This document shows positions 14,167 through 26,207 of a stretch of 64,000 nt of DNA, one piece after another; the first letter of the stretch is position 1, and each line of letters starts with the position of its first letter. The notes under the pieces were generated by a model. The model was not told the DNA's origin and made no database searches. It worked only from the letters and a program-made list of their open reading frames with translations. The stretch is from Octopus vulgaris (lineage: Eukaryota): positions 104,098,001 through 104,162,000 of the forward strand of contig OX597819.1 of the NCBI GenBank assembly GCA_951406725.2, written 5' to 3'. The position numbers and the translations under genes were made by a program.

Positions 14167-14552
14167 ACTCTTTTACTATTTTACTTGTTTCAGTCACTTG
14201 ACTGCAACCATACTGGAGCACCACCTTCAGTCAAGCAAATCGACCCCATGACTTATTTTTCAAGCCTAGTACCTATTCCCCCAGTCCCTTTTGCTGAACC
14301 GCTAGGTTACGGGAATGTAAACACACCAACACCGGTTGTCAAGTGGTGAAGGGGAGACAAACACACACACATTTACACACACACACACACATACTTACAT
14401 GACGGGCTTCTTACAGTTTCTGCCTATCAAACCCATTCACAAAGCATCGATTGACCCGAGACTATAGTAGAAGAAATTTCCCAAAGGGGCCAGCCACGTA
14501 GTAGGACTAAACCCGGAATCATGTGGTTGGGAACAAAGCTTCTTACCACACA

Positions 14553-14556
<4 letters not shown>
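14167..14556 (-). mobile_element. Octopus-type tRNA-derived SINE family B, near full length
   Basis: Minus-strand head tggctgtgtggtaagaagc...ccgggtttagtcc; body homologous to 24237-24690. Confidence 0.85.
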
Positions 14557-14598
<42 letters not shown>

Positions 14599-14600
14599 CT

Positions 14601-14641
14601 GGTTTGCCATTAAAAACACCGAAACAATGCATTGTCTAAAG
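14601..14641 (+). ncRNA. 3' half of a hammerhead ribozyme; the CUGANGA half is missing
   Basis: ggt...acc-GAAA-caatgcattg-TC: perfectly palindromic helix III and a GUC cleavage triplet, immediately after a (TA)n run. Confidence 0.5.
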
Positions 14642-14765
14642 ATGATTTAGGGTAAATGTTTTTAAATTTTCTCTAATTTCTGAATTACTACTACTTGGCG
14701 GTTTGAGTCCTGGCTGCTCTTTCTAGTGGGTCGAATGGCCTATTAAGGCCATTCCTCAATTGTTG

Positions 14766-14808
<43 letters not shown>

Positions 14809-14812
<4 letters not shown>

Positions 14813-15256
14813 TTGGCATCCTTTTTGTGTCGGGAGACAATGGAGTTGCGCATAAAGTAGTCTAGTCCGGCTTTTACATTTCATGTCCTGATACATTTCC
14901 TGCTGTGGCTGTGTAGTCCTATCCTGGACAAACACTCCCTCTGGCAGGTACCGCAAATGTAGTGAAGACTGTTCCTGGCTGGTTGTAATGCCATAGTTTC
15001 TTGTTGACATCTTTTTCTTGTCTTTCCTTCTCTCCTCTCTCTCTCTCTCTGTCACTCCTTTGTATTCCCTCTTTACGGTACGTCGCCAGTCTCCCCGGTT
15101 GCCGGCAACTGCCTCCCAACCGCTAATATTGATGTTGCAGGCCTTCACGTCCCTTTTGCAAACATCCTTGTAACGTAAGAACGGTCTACCCACAGACCTA
15201 GTACCCCTAGCAAGCTCTCCGTAGAGTATGTCCTTGGGGATTCCGCCATCTTTCAT
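14809..15256 (-). mobile_element. RTE-clade LINE 3' fragment, 5'-truncated
   Basis: ORF IPKDILYGELARGTRSVGRPFLRYKDVCKRD; the 3' end tccattgtctcccgacacaaaaaggatgccaacc is homologous to 37999-38410. Confidence 0.92.
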
Positions 15257-15377
15257 ATATATATACACACTCACACTACATAAATAATATTTTTATAAAC
15301 AAACCCGAAAGGCTTTGCGAGTTACGGAGAGAAAGCTACAATGGAAGACCCATAACTGTATAATAATTGTATATAAT

Positions 15378-15545
15378 ATATATCATAATGATATATATTC
15401 TCCTATTTGAAGCGACAATTTTTTTAGATATTAACAAATGACTGAAAAACGATGAGCTAACCTCAGATAGAATCGAACTCACAAATCGAAGCTTATATTT
15501 AAAAACTGTCGCTTCAAATCGGAGAATAATTATTATGATATATAT
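15378..15545. mobile_element. Short fold-back (MITE-like) element with a B-box-like centre
   Basis: Arms tattctcctatttgaagcgaca and tgtcgcttcaaatcggagaata; the centre reads gtgagttcgattct on the minus strand. Confidence 0.7.
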
Positions 15546-15549
15546 ATTA

Positions 15550-16822
15550 TTGGGTCGTCAAGTATGAAATTTGTAGGAAAGAAAAAAAAGTTTACTAGTG
15601 TTTTAGAAATACAAGGAATAGTTTTATTCATCAAAGTATGCACCCATATTGTCAATACAATTTTACCATTTCAGCGGTCGCTTGTCCAGCCCGGAACTGT
15701 AAAAGCCTGGCAATCTAGAGTCAATAAAATCTCGGAAGACCTATTTTACAGCATCGTCAGAATTTTTTTTTTTTTTTTTCCTATCAAAAAGTTATCCAAA
15801 TTCTGGAAGAAGTGGTAGTCAGTGGGGGCAAGTTCAGGTGAGTATAATGGATGATGGAGAACTTCCAACCCTAACTCCTGTAGTTTTGCCAGTGTTATTT
15901 TTGCGATGTGTGGTCTGGCGTCGTCTTGTAATAAAATAGGAATGGATCTGTTGACTAATTTAGGCTTTTTTTTTTTTCTGCATCATTTGGTCCAGTTGGC
16001 TGCAGTATACTTCGGCCGTGATTGATGAGTCAGGTTTAATGAAATCATAATGAATCGCACCTATGCCAGACCACCAAACACACACCATTAGCTTCTTTTG
16101 ATGAAATTTGCGTTTTGGATTGTGTTTTGGTGGCTTGTCTTTGTTCAACCACTGCGCTGAACGTTTACGGTTGTTGTATTGGATCTATTTCTCATCACAT
16201 GTTACAATTCGATTAAAAAATTATTCATTTTTGTGACGAGAAAGTAGCATAATGCAGGCTTCCAAACGTTGCTGTTTATGATTTTCATTGATTTCATGTG
16301 GAACCCATTTATCCAACTTTTTCACTTTACCGATTTGAACTAGGTGAGTCAATATTGTTTGCTTGCTAACACCAAACAAAAACGATAATTCACGGGCACT
16401 TTGAGATGAATCTGACTCGAAGGTGGCTTTCAGTTCGTCATTATCCACCTTTGTTTCTGGTCGACCGGGCTGCACATTTGTGAGGTCAAAGTTACCAGGA
16501 GGAAATTTTGCAAACCAATTTGATACTGTTTGCTGAATGAAATACTCCATGAATATTCCGAGCTGTCTGTGATGCTGTATTTCCAAGAAAGAACTCATAT
16601 TTCAAAACTGTACGACTTTCCGACTTACCCATCTCTAAACAAAAATAGCAAAAAACGATTTATAAATACTTTATAAAGCGCAAAATGAGTTAAAATAAAG
16701 AAATAGATGTGTCAGCTTTCTAGCAAAAAATAAGGATTGTCAAAATATAATAATGGTGCAAAATGAGCAGCTGTCAAAGTTTACCATATGCCTTACAACA
16801 AATGTCATACTTGACGACCTAA
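15550..16822 (-). mobile_element. Full-length (1273 bp) mariner transposon, inactivated
   Basis: TA|ttgggtcgtcaagtatgaaatttgt ... acaaatgtcatacttgacgacctaa|TA, with transposase motifs on the minus strand. Confidence 0.95.
15600..16632 (-). pseudogene. Mariner DDD transposase pseudogene with stops and frameshifts
   Basis: GRP HTH linker, WVPHEI, IVTCDEK, KLMVCVWWS, QDDARPH and HSPELAPTDYHFF motifs. Confidence 0.92.
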
Positions 16823-16849
16823 TATATACAGTTATTTTATATATATAAG

Positions 16850-17440
16850 AAGAGAAAGTTGCAAGAGGCGAAATCTGGGGAATACGGTAGCTGTCGTACT
16901 CGGAGATTGCTGTGCCTACCAAAAACTGCTGTACAATCTGCGCTGAATGGGCAGGTGCGTTGTCAGCTGAAAGCAGTTTTTGCACAAAGTTGGCAGACAT
17001 GCGTTTCATACCCAAATCTTCAGTGGTAATGGATTGATCTGAACCGTAACTCATCTGCACATCCTCTGATAACTTACGGATGATGATTCGACGATTTCCC
17101 CTTACAGTTGTACGCACATCTGCGATCTTTTTCTCAGTTTTGCTGGTTGTGGGTCTCCCAGAACTTTCGTCACTATCTACATTTGTTTTGGCTCATACAC
17201 ACCTCTCCATACATTTTCTGCAACTTTGCGTAAGCCTCTGAGCAGGTATCACCAATCTTTTGGCAAAATCTGATGCAGATTCTCTGCTCAATTTTTTAGG
17301 TCATGTTCAATGCGATGATAACGCGCTACACACGTTACTTCCAAGCACTGCTGTTTACAAAAGTGAGCTAGAACGTTAAAACCTAGTGCACATGTACAGC
17401 AGAGCTCCAGGTCAATCTGTGCCAAGTGGCTTTACTCTGA
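16850..17440 (-). mobile_element. Internally deleted Tc1/mariner of a second family
   Basis: EQRICIRFCQKIG N-terminus; SANFVQKLLS fused directly to DNAPAH; upstream region homologous to 31505-31710. Confidence 0.85.
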
Positions 17441-17489
17441 GTGCTTTAACGTCGTTATTTTGGTATCAATCCGACCAGACACACTAATA

Positions 17490-17705
17490 TGATGTGTCTC
17501 CATGACTCTTTGTTTTGGTGTGTTTACATTCCCGTAACATAGCGGTTCAGCCAAAGAGACTGATTGAATAAGTTCCAAGCTTGGAATAAGAAAAAAAAAA
17601 AAGAAAAGGTAGTGAGGTCGATTCGTTCGACTAAAATTCTCCAAAGTAGCGCCCCAGCCTGACCACAGTCAAACCAACCGAAACAACTAAAACATAAACA
17701 ATAAA
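17490..17705 (+). mobile_element. SINE family B, 3' half
   Basis: tgtttacattcccgtaacatagcggttcagc...gcgccccagcctgaccacagtcaaa. Confidence 0.75.
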
Positions 17706-17786
17706 AGAAAAAGGAAACGAACAAATAAAAGATAATTTCTTATAAAATCTCATTAGGGACCCATTTTCAACTGACTACGTGAATCA

Positions 17787-17852
17787 ACGGAAACTTTTGA
17801 CGGAACCTTTTGACGGAACTTTTTGACGGAACCTTTTGACGGAACATTTTGA
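17787..17852. repeat. 13-bp tandem repeat (acggaaccttttg) x5
   Basis: Directly visible. Confidence 0.95.
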
Positions 17853-18410
17853 TATCTCATAATGCACAAGATGATACACTTTTTTTGCTATTTACCTTGG
17901 CTAAAGAGCTTCTTATGTTAACTTTGACACATCCATATAATCCATTACTCGTAGTCTCAGAGCATTTATGAACAATTCCCGATATGTTTTAGTTTCATAT
18001 TATCGCATGTAAGTATTTTCAAGTCATCCATGTAGAATGGATGTGTCTGTAGCATCTGTACATCAGTGGTTTCATTCTTTTGAATTGATAGTGTCTTGTG
18101 CAAGATTTTGGACTGTTCCTCCTCCTCCTTGCAAATGTTGGGGTTAATGTAATCGACCTAACCATTACCCTGAACATTGCTGACCTTGTCAGCAATGTTA
18201 GGAAAAAAATTAGGAAAAAAAAACAAAAAAACTGGCAGAGTCGGTAGGACGCAGAGAAAAGTTCTTTGGATTATTTCTTCTGGTTCTTTATAGTCTGAGT
18301 TCAATTCCTGCCGAGTTAGTAAAATATATTCCAGAGTCAATAAAATATATTACTAGTCAAGTACTGGAGTTGATAATTTCGACTAAACCCACCTCAAAAA
18401 TTCTGGCCTT

Positions 18411-18889
18411 AGGTGGTGAGCTGGCAGAATCGTTAGCACGACGGGCAACTTGCTTAGCGGCATTTCATCCATCTTTGCGTTCTGAAATCAAATTCCTCAG
18501 AAGTCGACTTTGCCTTTCATCCTTTCAGGGTCGACAAAATAAGTACTAAATATCGACTTACCCTCTCCCCGAGATTTCAGGCCAAAATTTCGATACAAAA
18601 ATTTGAAATCATCATCATCATCATTGTTATTATTCAAATTCCGCCAAGGTCGACTTTGCCTTTCATCCTTTCGGGGTACCAGTTGCGTATCGGGGTGGAT
18701 CAAATGGACTGGTCCCCTCCCACCAAATTTCAGGCCTTGTGCCTATCGTCCTCTTCTTCTTCTTCTTCTTCTTCTTCTTCTTCTTCTTCTTCTTCTTCTT
18801 CTTCTTCTTCTTCTTTTTCTTCTTTTTCTTCTTCTTCTTCTTCTTCTTCTTCTTCTTCTTCTTCTTCTTCTTCTTCTTCTTCTTTTTCT

Positions 18890-18933
<44 letters not shown>

Positions 18934-19095
18934 TAATTATAATTATAATTATTATTATTCAAATTCCGCCAAGGTCATCTTTACCTGTCATCCTTTCGGG
19001 GTCGATAAATTATGTACCAGTTGCGTACTGGGGTCGATACACTCGACTAGTCCCCTTCCTCAAAACTTCAGGCCTAGTCCTACTAAAAAGTAGGA
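18411..19095 (+). mobile_element. Cluster of three SINE family A copies (one with head, two headless) interrupted by a (CTT)n tract
   Basis: Head ggtggtgagctggcagaatcgttagcacg at 18412; ttcaaattccgccaaggtc restarts at about 18633 and 18958. Confidence 0.85.
18751..18933. repeat. (CTT/GAA)n array of about 60 units
   Basis: Directly visible. Confidence 0.98.
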
Positions 19096-19558
19096 AAGAT
19101 TATTATTATTATTATCAATATTATTGTTGTTGTTGATGTCGTTGTTCTTGTTGCTGCTACTGTGGCTGTTATTGTTGGTGCTATTGCTGATGCTGGTGTT
19201 GTTGCAGTTGTTTGTGTTGATGATATTCTCATTAGCTATTTTTTTTAAAATCATATTTCATTTGCAATTAAATTCCTAAAACGGCAAATTAATTACAAAC
19301 GAGGCGGTGTTGGTTGTCAATTCATCATGTTTAGTTGGAGAAGCAAGAGGCGATATGCGAAGGCGGCCAGATCTTTACGGGATTCCTCGATGTGTACTCC
19401 GCCACTCTGCCTAATTCCATCTTTGGCAACCATCACCACCACTACCATCACCACCACCACCACCACCACCACCAGTAACACAATCATCATCATCATCGTC
19501 GTCGTCGTCGTCGTCATAATCATCATCATCATCGTCATCATCATTATTGTCATCATCA

Positions 19559-19589
<31 letters not shown>

Positions 19590-19835
19590 CGTCGTCATAA
19601 AAGCTACTGCTATTACAATCTTTAATTCTCATTACTCGCTGCTGACGTCACCACTGTCATCACGACGACCAATCCCAAACTATCAGCAACAGCATCATTA
19701 TTATCGTTGCCTTTGTCGTTATGATCAGGATCAACTTCTCTGTCGTCCTTGTCCTCGTTGTCGTCTTCATCATCATCATAACCATCATAATCACCTTCGT
19801 CGTTATCGTCAATGTCGTGGCCGTCGTTGTCGTTA

Positions 19836-20240
19836 TCTTCCTCCCCCTCCACCTCCTCCTATCCTCCCCTCCCCTCTCCTTTTCCCCCTCATATCCCCTC
19901 TCCTTTTCCCCCTCATATCCCCTCTCCTCCTCACCTCCCCCTCATATCCCCTCAAACCCTCCTCCGCTTACTCCTCCTCCTTCCTCCCCTTCCTCTTCTT
20001 CTTCATTCCCTCCCCTCCTCCCCTCATCTCCTTCTCCCACTCCTCATATTCTCTCCCATCCTCTCTTTCCCTTATTTCTCCTCTTCCTCTTTCCATTTCT
20101 CTTTCCCCTTCCTATTTCTCTTTTTCCTCTTCCCACTTCTCCTCTTCCTCTTATTTTTCTTTTTCCTCTTCCTACTTCTCCTCTTCCTCTTCCTCTTTCT
20201 CCTCTTCCTCTTTCTCCCCTTCCTCCTCCTTCTCCTCCTC
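19836..20240. repeat. Polypyrimidine low-complexity tract
   Basis: About 400 bp that is almost entirely C/T. Confidence 0.9.
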
Positions 20241-21764
20241 ATCCACATCATCACTACCATCAACAACATTATATCACGACGACCACGACTACGACGAAGA
20301 CGACGACCGCCGCCGCCGCCACCGCCACCACCACCACCACCACCACCATTATCACAGTAGCTGCTACTACAATAATCATTAGCATTGTGCCTGAAACAAT
20401 TTTCACCCTCATACTGCCTCTATGACTATCATCGTTTTTATTACATTCCGTTTGTCTTACTAGTTACATAACCAACAACGTTGTTATTCGTGGAGATTTG
20501 GAGATGGATTCTGGAATTCTCGAAGACGGAATCCTGGGGACAAACCACTATCTTAATGGACCATATTTTAATCCCTCATCTGCATCTACAAAGACTATGG
20601 GAAATAATTATATTAAAGAAAACTGATAAAAAAAAAATCATTATCCTTGTCCAACGAAATAGCGGTGAAGAAATCATATGTGAAAGAAAAACCGGAATAA
20701 AATATCAAAGAAATATAATATGAAGGAAAAAAAGAAAAAAAAAAGAGTACTAGGAAGTGACAAACAAACAGCACATCTGATCTTGGCGAAATCGCATTAT
20801 AAACTACGTTTGAAAAACATGAGCATTTCTTTAATAATAACCAAACACTAAAACATTCTAACATCAATACACAATTAACATCTGAAGATAAATGAGCAGT
20901 AACGTTCAATAAATATCTGCAGAAACCAGTCTCAATGCACAATTGGTTAATAGGAGAAAATATTAATTTTTCCAGATAAAAATATATATCCTAAGGACTG
21001 CAGTGTAATAATGTTTTACCAACGATATACAAAGCCTTGATGTTTATACATTCCAATACAAGAGTATCTGATGTGGAAAATAATATCTTAGTTGAGAAAT
21101 AGAAAAAGTGTCGGAGAAATATATATATATGGAAGTAATCAACAGCTGTTGCTAAATCAAGTATTTATTGAATATAGCAGCAGAAAAATAAAAACATCAA
21201 GCGTACATAAACATTAATTATTGACAAAGATTGATTACCGAACAGACATTGACAGTATATCACACTCCTCGATATCGGAGATACTATCTCAACAAACACA
21301 TATGCTGTAATTCTTTATTACCTACCATCAACAAACACATATGGTTTCCCAGTGGTCGCATCTAATACAAGGTAGATAACCATTGCAGCATAACATGAGG
21401 TGGATTAGAAATTTGAATTTTAAATTTTAAATATCATTAAGAAAACGATGCAAAGAATTCATATATTAAATTTTATGCCAACTTATTACGAAGTTCTTAA
21501 AATTTCTAGTCGGTGGAAAACATGTATAACACTATTTCATTCTTTTTAGAAATCGCCAGTATGATTTAATCTACAACTTAGAATTAAACATTTTACAAAT
21601 TGAGATATTTTATTAAAAATCATAAAATATTTTCCCTCTTCGTAGTTTAGGAAGAGAGAAAGCGCATCCAGAATAATAATTAAGTCAACAAAAGCTGTGG
21701 GTCTAATATTAAGGCGGTGAGTCAACTACTTTATATCAAAATGGAAAATGTAAATACAAATATA

Positions 21765-21942
21765 CCATATTTTAACGTGTATAAGGAACCCACGTGTATA
21801 AGGTACCCCCTAATTTTGGGGGCTTAGAATTTGGAAAAAAAGGTTTTGTAAGGGATTATAATACTATCTATGTATAAGAAACTCCCATATTTTTAAACTT
21901 AATTTTTGAAAAAAAGGGTTCCCTATACACATTAAAATACGG
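21765..21942. mobile_element. Tc1/pogo-like MITE (178 bp) with TA target duplication
   Basis: TA|ccatattttaacgtgtataaggaaccc ... gggttccctatacacattaaaatacgg|TA. Confidence 0.85.
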
Positions 21943-22357
21943 TATATGTCAAAATGGAAAATTATACAAATAAGATAAAGTTAAAGAAAACTAAACCCTG
22001 TCATTATGAAAAGAGGAAGTTTTGAAAGAATCCTGCCTTCGTTATTCTTCTGTTTAGTTCTGATTCTATTCTTATATTTGTTGAAAGATGAATGAATGAA
22101 ATAAAAAATATCAGCCAAAAGTAAAAACTAAACGATGCTACTTGGTAGAAAAGTTGAAGAAGAACTCAAAATAATATTTTCAAATTCAGTTGAATGGAGA
22201 ACAAATTTGAAAGAAGTGGGTTAGTTGGTTATACACCCTAGTACTCTGTTTTATCAACCGTGGAAAAGTGAAAGGCAAAATTGACTTCGACGGTATCTGA
22301 ACTAAGAATGTGCACAATCGGTAGAAATACACATTGCAGCATTATTGTTACTACAGA

Positions 22358-22460
22358 ACAGAAACGTTAGCACGCCGGGCGAAATGCTTAGCGCTATTTC
22401 GTCTGTCTTTACGTTCTGAGTTCAAATTCCGTCGAGGTCGTCTTTGCCTTTCATCCTTTG
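22358..22460 (+). mobile_element. SINE family A, 5' part; a diverged minus-strand copy lies at about 22200-22330
   Basis: cagaaacgttagcacgccgggcgaaatgcttagcg...ctttgcctttcatccttt. Confidence 0.85.
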
Positions 22461-23109
22461 CCACAAGCACAACTACTATCCTCACTATCACCTTCACTAC
22501 CACCCCTATTAATCACCAACACTACCACAGCTGCTGTCATGGACACGGCCGCCGCCGCCGCCACTGCTATCTATAACACAAGCGCACAACCATTTCTTAT
22601 CCTCTTTCCCATCCTCTCTTATCCATCAATCCCAAAGAAGGAATATCACACATGATCTTCCTCACCTATCTACCCCTTTGACTATCTCCCCAGCACCCAC
22701 ACCCACCATTCGGGTTTTCCTCCAGTCATTCATCATACAAAGACAAAACTACGTTACACACGAGAAAATGACAATAACAAGCACCTTCACTATTTTGCTT
22801 TCTTGATGAAAGTTGACAAAAATTGCGAAAACAACATTTGCAATTTCAAGACATAAAAGAACATAAAAGCAACAAAAAAAGGACAAACAAACAAAAAACC
22901 CTAAAAAACAACAACCCCAAAACAAACAAACAAACAAACAAAAACTGATCCTTAACCCAGTGCAAGAAAAATAAATAAATAAAATGAAATAAAATAAAAA
23001 GAAAGAAACTTAAAAAACATACGAAAACCCATTCTTTTGCTAATTAATGTTTTGAAACAAATTTTTTGTTCAGTATCTATCTGTCTGTCTATCTATCTAT
23101 CTATCTATC

Positions 23110-23144
<35 letters not shown>

Positions 23145-23178
23145 GTCTGTCTGTCTGTCTGTCTTCTATCTATCTATC

Positions 23179-23250
<72 letters not shown>

Positions 23251-24236
23251 ATATATATATGTTCTGTATATATGCATTTATAGAAATTTTAAGTATTTTT
23301 CCTCTTGTTTAATTTTCTTAAAAAATATTGTGTGGTCGAGTAAATGATGGGTTTGTCGCCAGAAAAAAAAATTCCTTTGATCTTCACAGTCTTAAAATTT
23401 CGTTCTGCTTTTTAAAAAATTCACTTCAGCTAGAAGTCGATAATAACGGATCACTGAAAATGACGTAGCATAGCGTGTATGTATGTATGTATTTATGTAT
23501 GTATGTATGTATGTATGTATGTATGTATGTATGTATGTATGTATGTATGTATGTATGTATGTATGTATGAATGTATTTATGTGTGTATGTATGTGTATAT
23601 GTATGTATATATGCTTGTATGTATGTACATATGTATATATATATATATTCATGTATATATGTACATATATATATGTATATATTCATGTATATATGAACAT
23701 ATATATATATAAAGTATACATATATATATGCCTACACACATACGATAGGGGAGAAATGCACTGAAATTTTTCTAATAAAACTTTATGTATGAAATGCAAT
23801 CTATATGTTGTCTATCGGTTTCACTTTTCAAAGATAATCATGATTTTTTTAATTAATGATGTTATAATTTCATATGTATGCATGTGTGGTGGTGGTGGTG
23901 GTGGTTTGTGTGTGTGTGTGTATGTGTATTTGTATAAAGAAACACAGAAAAGGTAATAAGTGTTTATGCCTATATAATGTTCACGTGTTTCAGAAGATCG
24001 GCAAAAGATCAATTAGAAGAATTTAAATGCCCCGTTGCATGACAACTGCAGCCAACGTTCTTCACCTGCATTATTGACAAACGTATGCATTATGTATAAC
24101 ACCGATAATGTTTTCTCTGTTCCTTTTTTTTTTTTTAATAGAACATACTACTTCGTACACAAGACTATCTGACGTTATAAAGATTGTGAAACCACGTCAG
24201 AAATACGAGTGGATTGTGGAACCGATCTGCCTTGCT

Positions 24237-24455
24237 CTTTTACTCATTTACTCTTTTACTTGTTTCAGTCATTTGAGTGTGGTCATGCTGGAGCACCACC
24301 TTTAGTCGAGCAAATCGACCCCAGGACTTATTGAATGTAAGCCTAGTACTTATTCTCTTTCGCCGAACCGCTAAGTTACGGGGATGTAAACATACCAGCA
24401 TCAGTTGTCAAGCGATGTTGGGGGGACAAACACAGACACACAAACATATACACAC

Positions 24456-24528
<73 letters not shown>

Positions 24529-24690
24529 TACAACGGGCTTCTTTCAGTTACCGTCTACCAAATCCTCTCACTAGGCTTTGGTCGGCCCGAGGCTATAGTA
24601 GAAGAAGCTTGCTCAAGGTGCCACGCGGTGGGACTGAACCAGGAACCATGAGGTTGGTAGGCAAGCTACTTACCACACAGCCACTCCTAC
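24237..24690 (-). mobile_element. SINE family B, full length with internal (TA)n
   Basis: Minus-strand head ggagtggctgtgtggtaagtagc...ggttcagtccc; homologous to 14167-14556. Confidence 0.88.
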
Positions 24691-24985
24691 ATCTAACTTT
24701 TCATAACATGTTGCGCTTTCCGTTGCACCTTTTGGTTTATATATATGTATACACACTCATGTGTATATACACACACGAATGCATGCACGCACGCACACAC
24801 ATACGCACATATATATGTATATCTATATGCATGTGTGTCTGTATACTCTGTCAGTATATGCATTCTTCTAACGACAGTAAGAGTATTTTAACGCTTATTT
24901 CTAACAAAGTATGTGCTTCGGCACCCTTAGTCACACTTAGTGACAATTAAATTTTACCTTTATTATATTACATTGCGCCTAGCTG

Positions 24986-25033
<48 letters not shown>

Positions 25034-25074
25034 GTGTGTGTGTGGGTGTGTGTGCGTGCGCGTATAACCGACGG

Positions 25075-25222
25075 TGGTGTGCTTACGTCCCCGTAAATCG
25101 GCGGTTCGGCAAAACATCCCGATAAAGTTCCAGTACTTAAAAGAAATTTAAGTATTGGGGTCGATTCATTCAACTAAATTTTTTCAAGGCGGTGCTCCAA
25201 CATGGCCACAGTCTAATGACTG
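25075..25222 (+). mobile_element. SINE family B-related 3' fragment
   Basis: ttacgtccccgtaa...aaggcggtgctccaacatggccacagtctaatgactgaaa. Confidence 0.75.
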
Positions 25223-25240
25223 AAAGAAGTAAAAGATAAA

Positions 25241-25289
<49 letters not shown>

Positions 25290-25299
25290 AAAACTTATA

Positions 25300-25458
25300 T
25301 ATAAAGAACGTGAAATTCACGAATTGACAAACACGGAAAAACGGACAGTAATTCAGAGCCTTCATTCTTCAGTCAGAAACCGATTCATCATGGCAAATTT
25401 CGGCTGTTTAATTCTGAGATTTGCTCCGAAAGGGCCAGCCCCAAGGAAAAGCTAAGCT
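25300..25458 (-). mobile_element. Structured dispersed repeat; homologue at 48720-49100 (+)
   Basis: ggggctggcc..ggagcaa.tctc..cagccgaaatt..ctga.gaa..gtccgt is shared between the copies. Confidence 0.75.
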
Positions 25459-25461
25459 ATA

Positions 25462-25522
<61 letters not shown>

Positions 25523-25680
25523 CTTCATTTGCGTAATAATCTTATAACGGCTACTATGTGCCGTCATTCAGAAGGAATACTCCTTTTACTGGATATGAAC
25601 GTTGAGATCCGTTAAAACATGCAGATTCGGATAAAAATTTATAAAACAAGAGGATGGGATGAACCGGCTTTAATCACAAA

Positions 25681-26207
25681 TCGCAGCAATTGTTTCTGTG
25701 CATTAGCAACACCCGTTTGTTGTTGAGTTTTTCAAATTGTACATTTTATTTTATAAATCTTTATATATAAAAGTGAGGTTGTGTGCTGTCTGTCTCCTAC
25801 GATTTAGATTCCTAACTACTCCCACATTTTGCGGTGCAGTTTAACCAAAACCGGGTATCTTATAGTCGTGATTCATATCGAGCCCTTCTGGGTATTAGTG
25901 CGCGTCTACGAGTCTACGATTTAAAAAAAATTTACCATCAATTTTTCCCATTTTTAATGCATTTTTGGAATATATAAGGGAAGTAACTCTCTAAAAATTT
26001 ATTATTAAATCTCAGAACGTAAAAAGCTACAGTAACACCACCACCCCCCTTGGTGGTTAGCCATATTGAGATGGCTATTATACTTTACATCTCTAAAAAT
26101 GCTTATATAGTTATTTCCCTTACAAACCCGAGCAACGCCGAGCGATACTGCTAGTATTATATAAATATGATTCAGCAATAGCTGTGTACTCGCACGTCAT
26201 CAGGTGA
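25681..26207 (-). ncRNA. Degenerate hammerhead motif split by a Helitron inserted in helix II
   Basis: Minus strand: tcac-CTGATGA (26203-26197)-cgtgc ... gcaca-GAAA (25696-25693)-caattg-ct-gcga. Flanks 25640-25681 and 26220-26263 are inverted repeats. Confidence 0.55.
25758..26154 (+). mobile_element. Non-autonomous Helitron, family H1 copy 1
   Basis: A|TC...CTAG|T ends, subterminal hairpin cccgagcaacgccgag and no TSD; closely similar to 26845-27241 and 61625-62022. Confidence 0.92.

Noticed and set aside
19327-20425. 351-aa low-complexity ORF
   Set aside because: Concatenated CAC, CAT, CGT and pyrimidine tracts, open in several frames.
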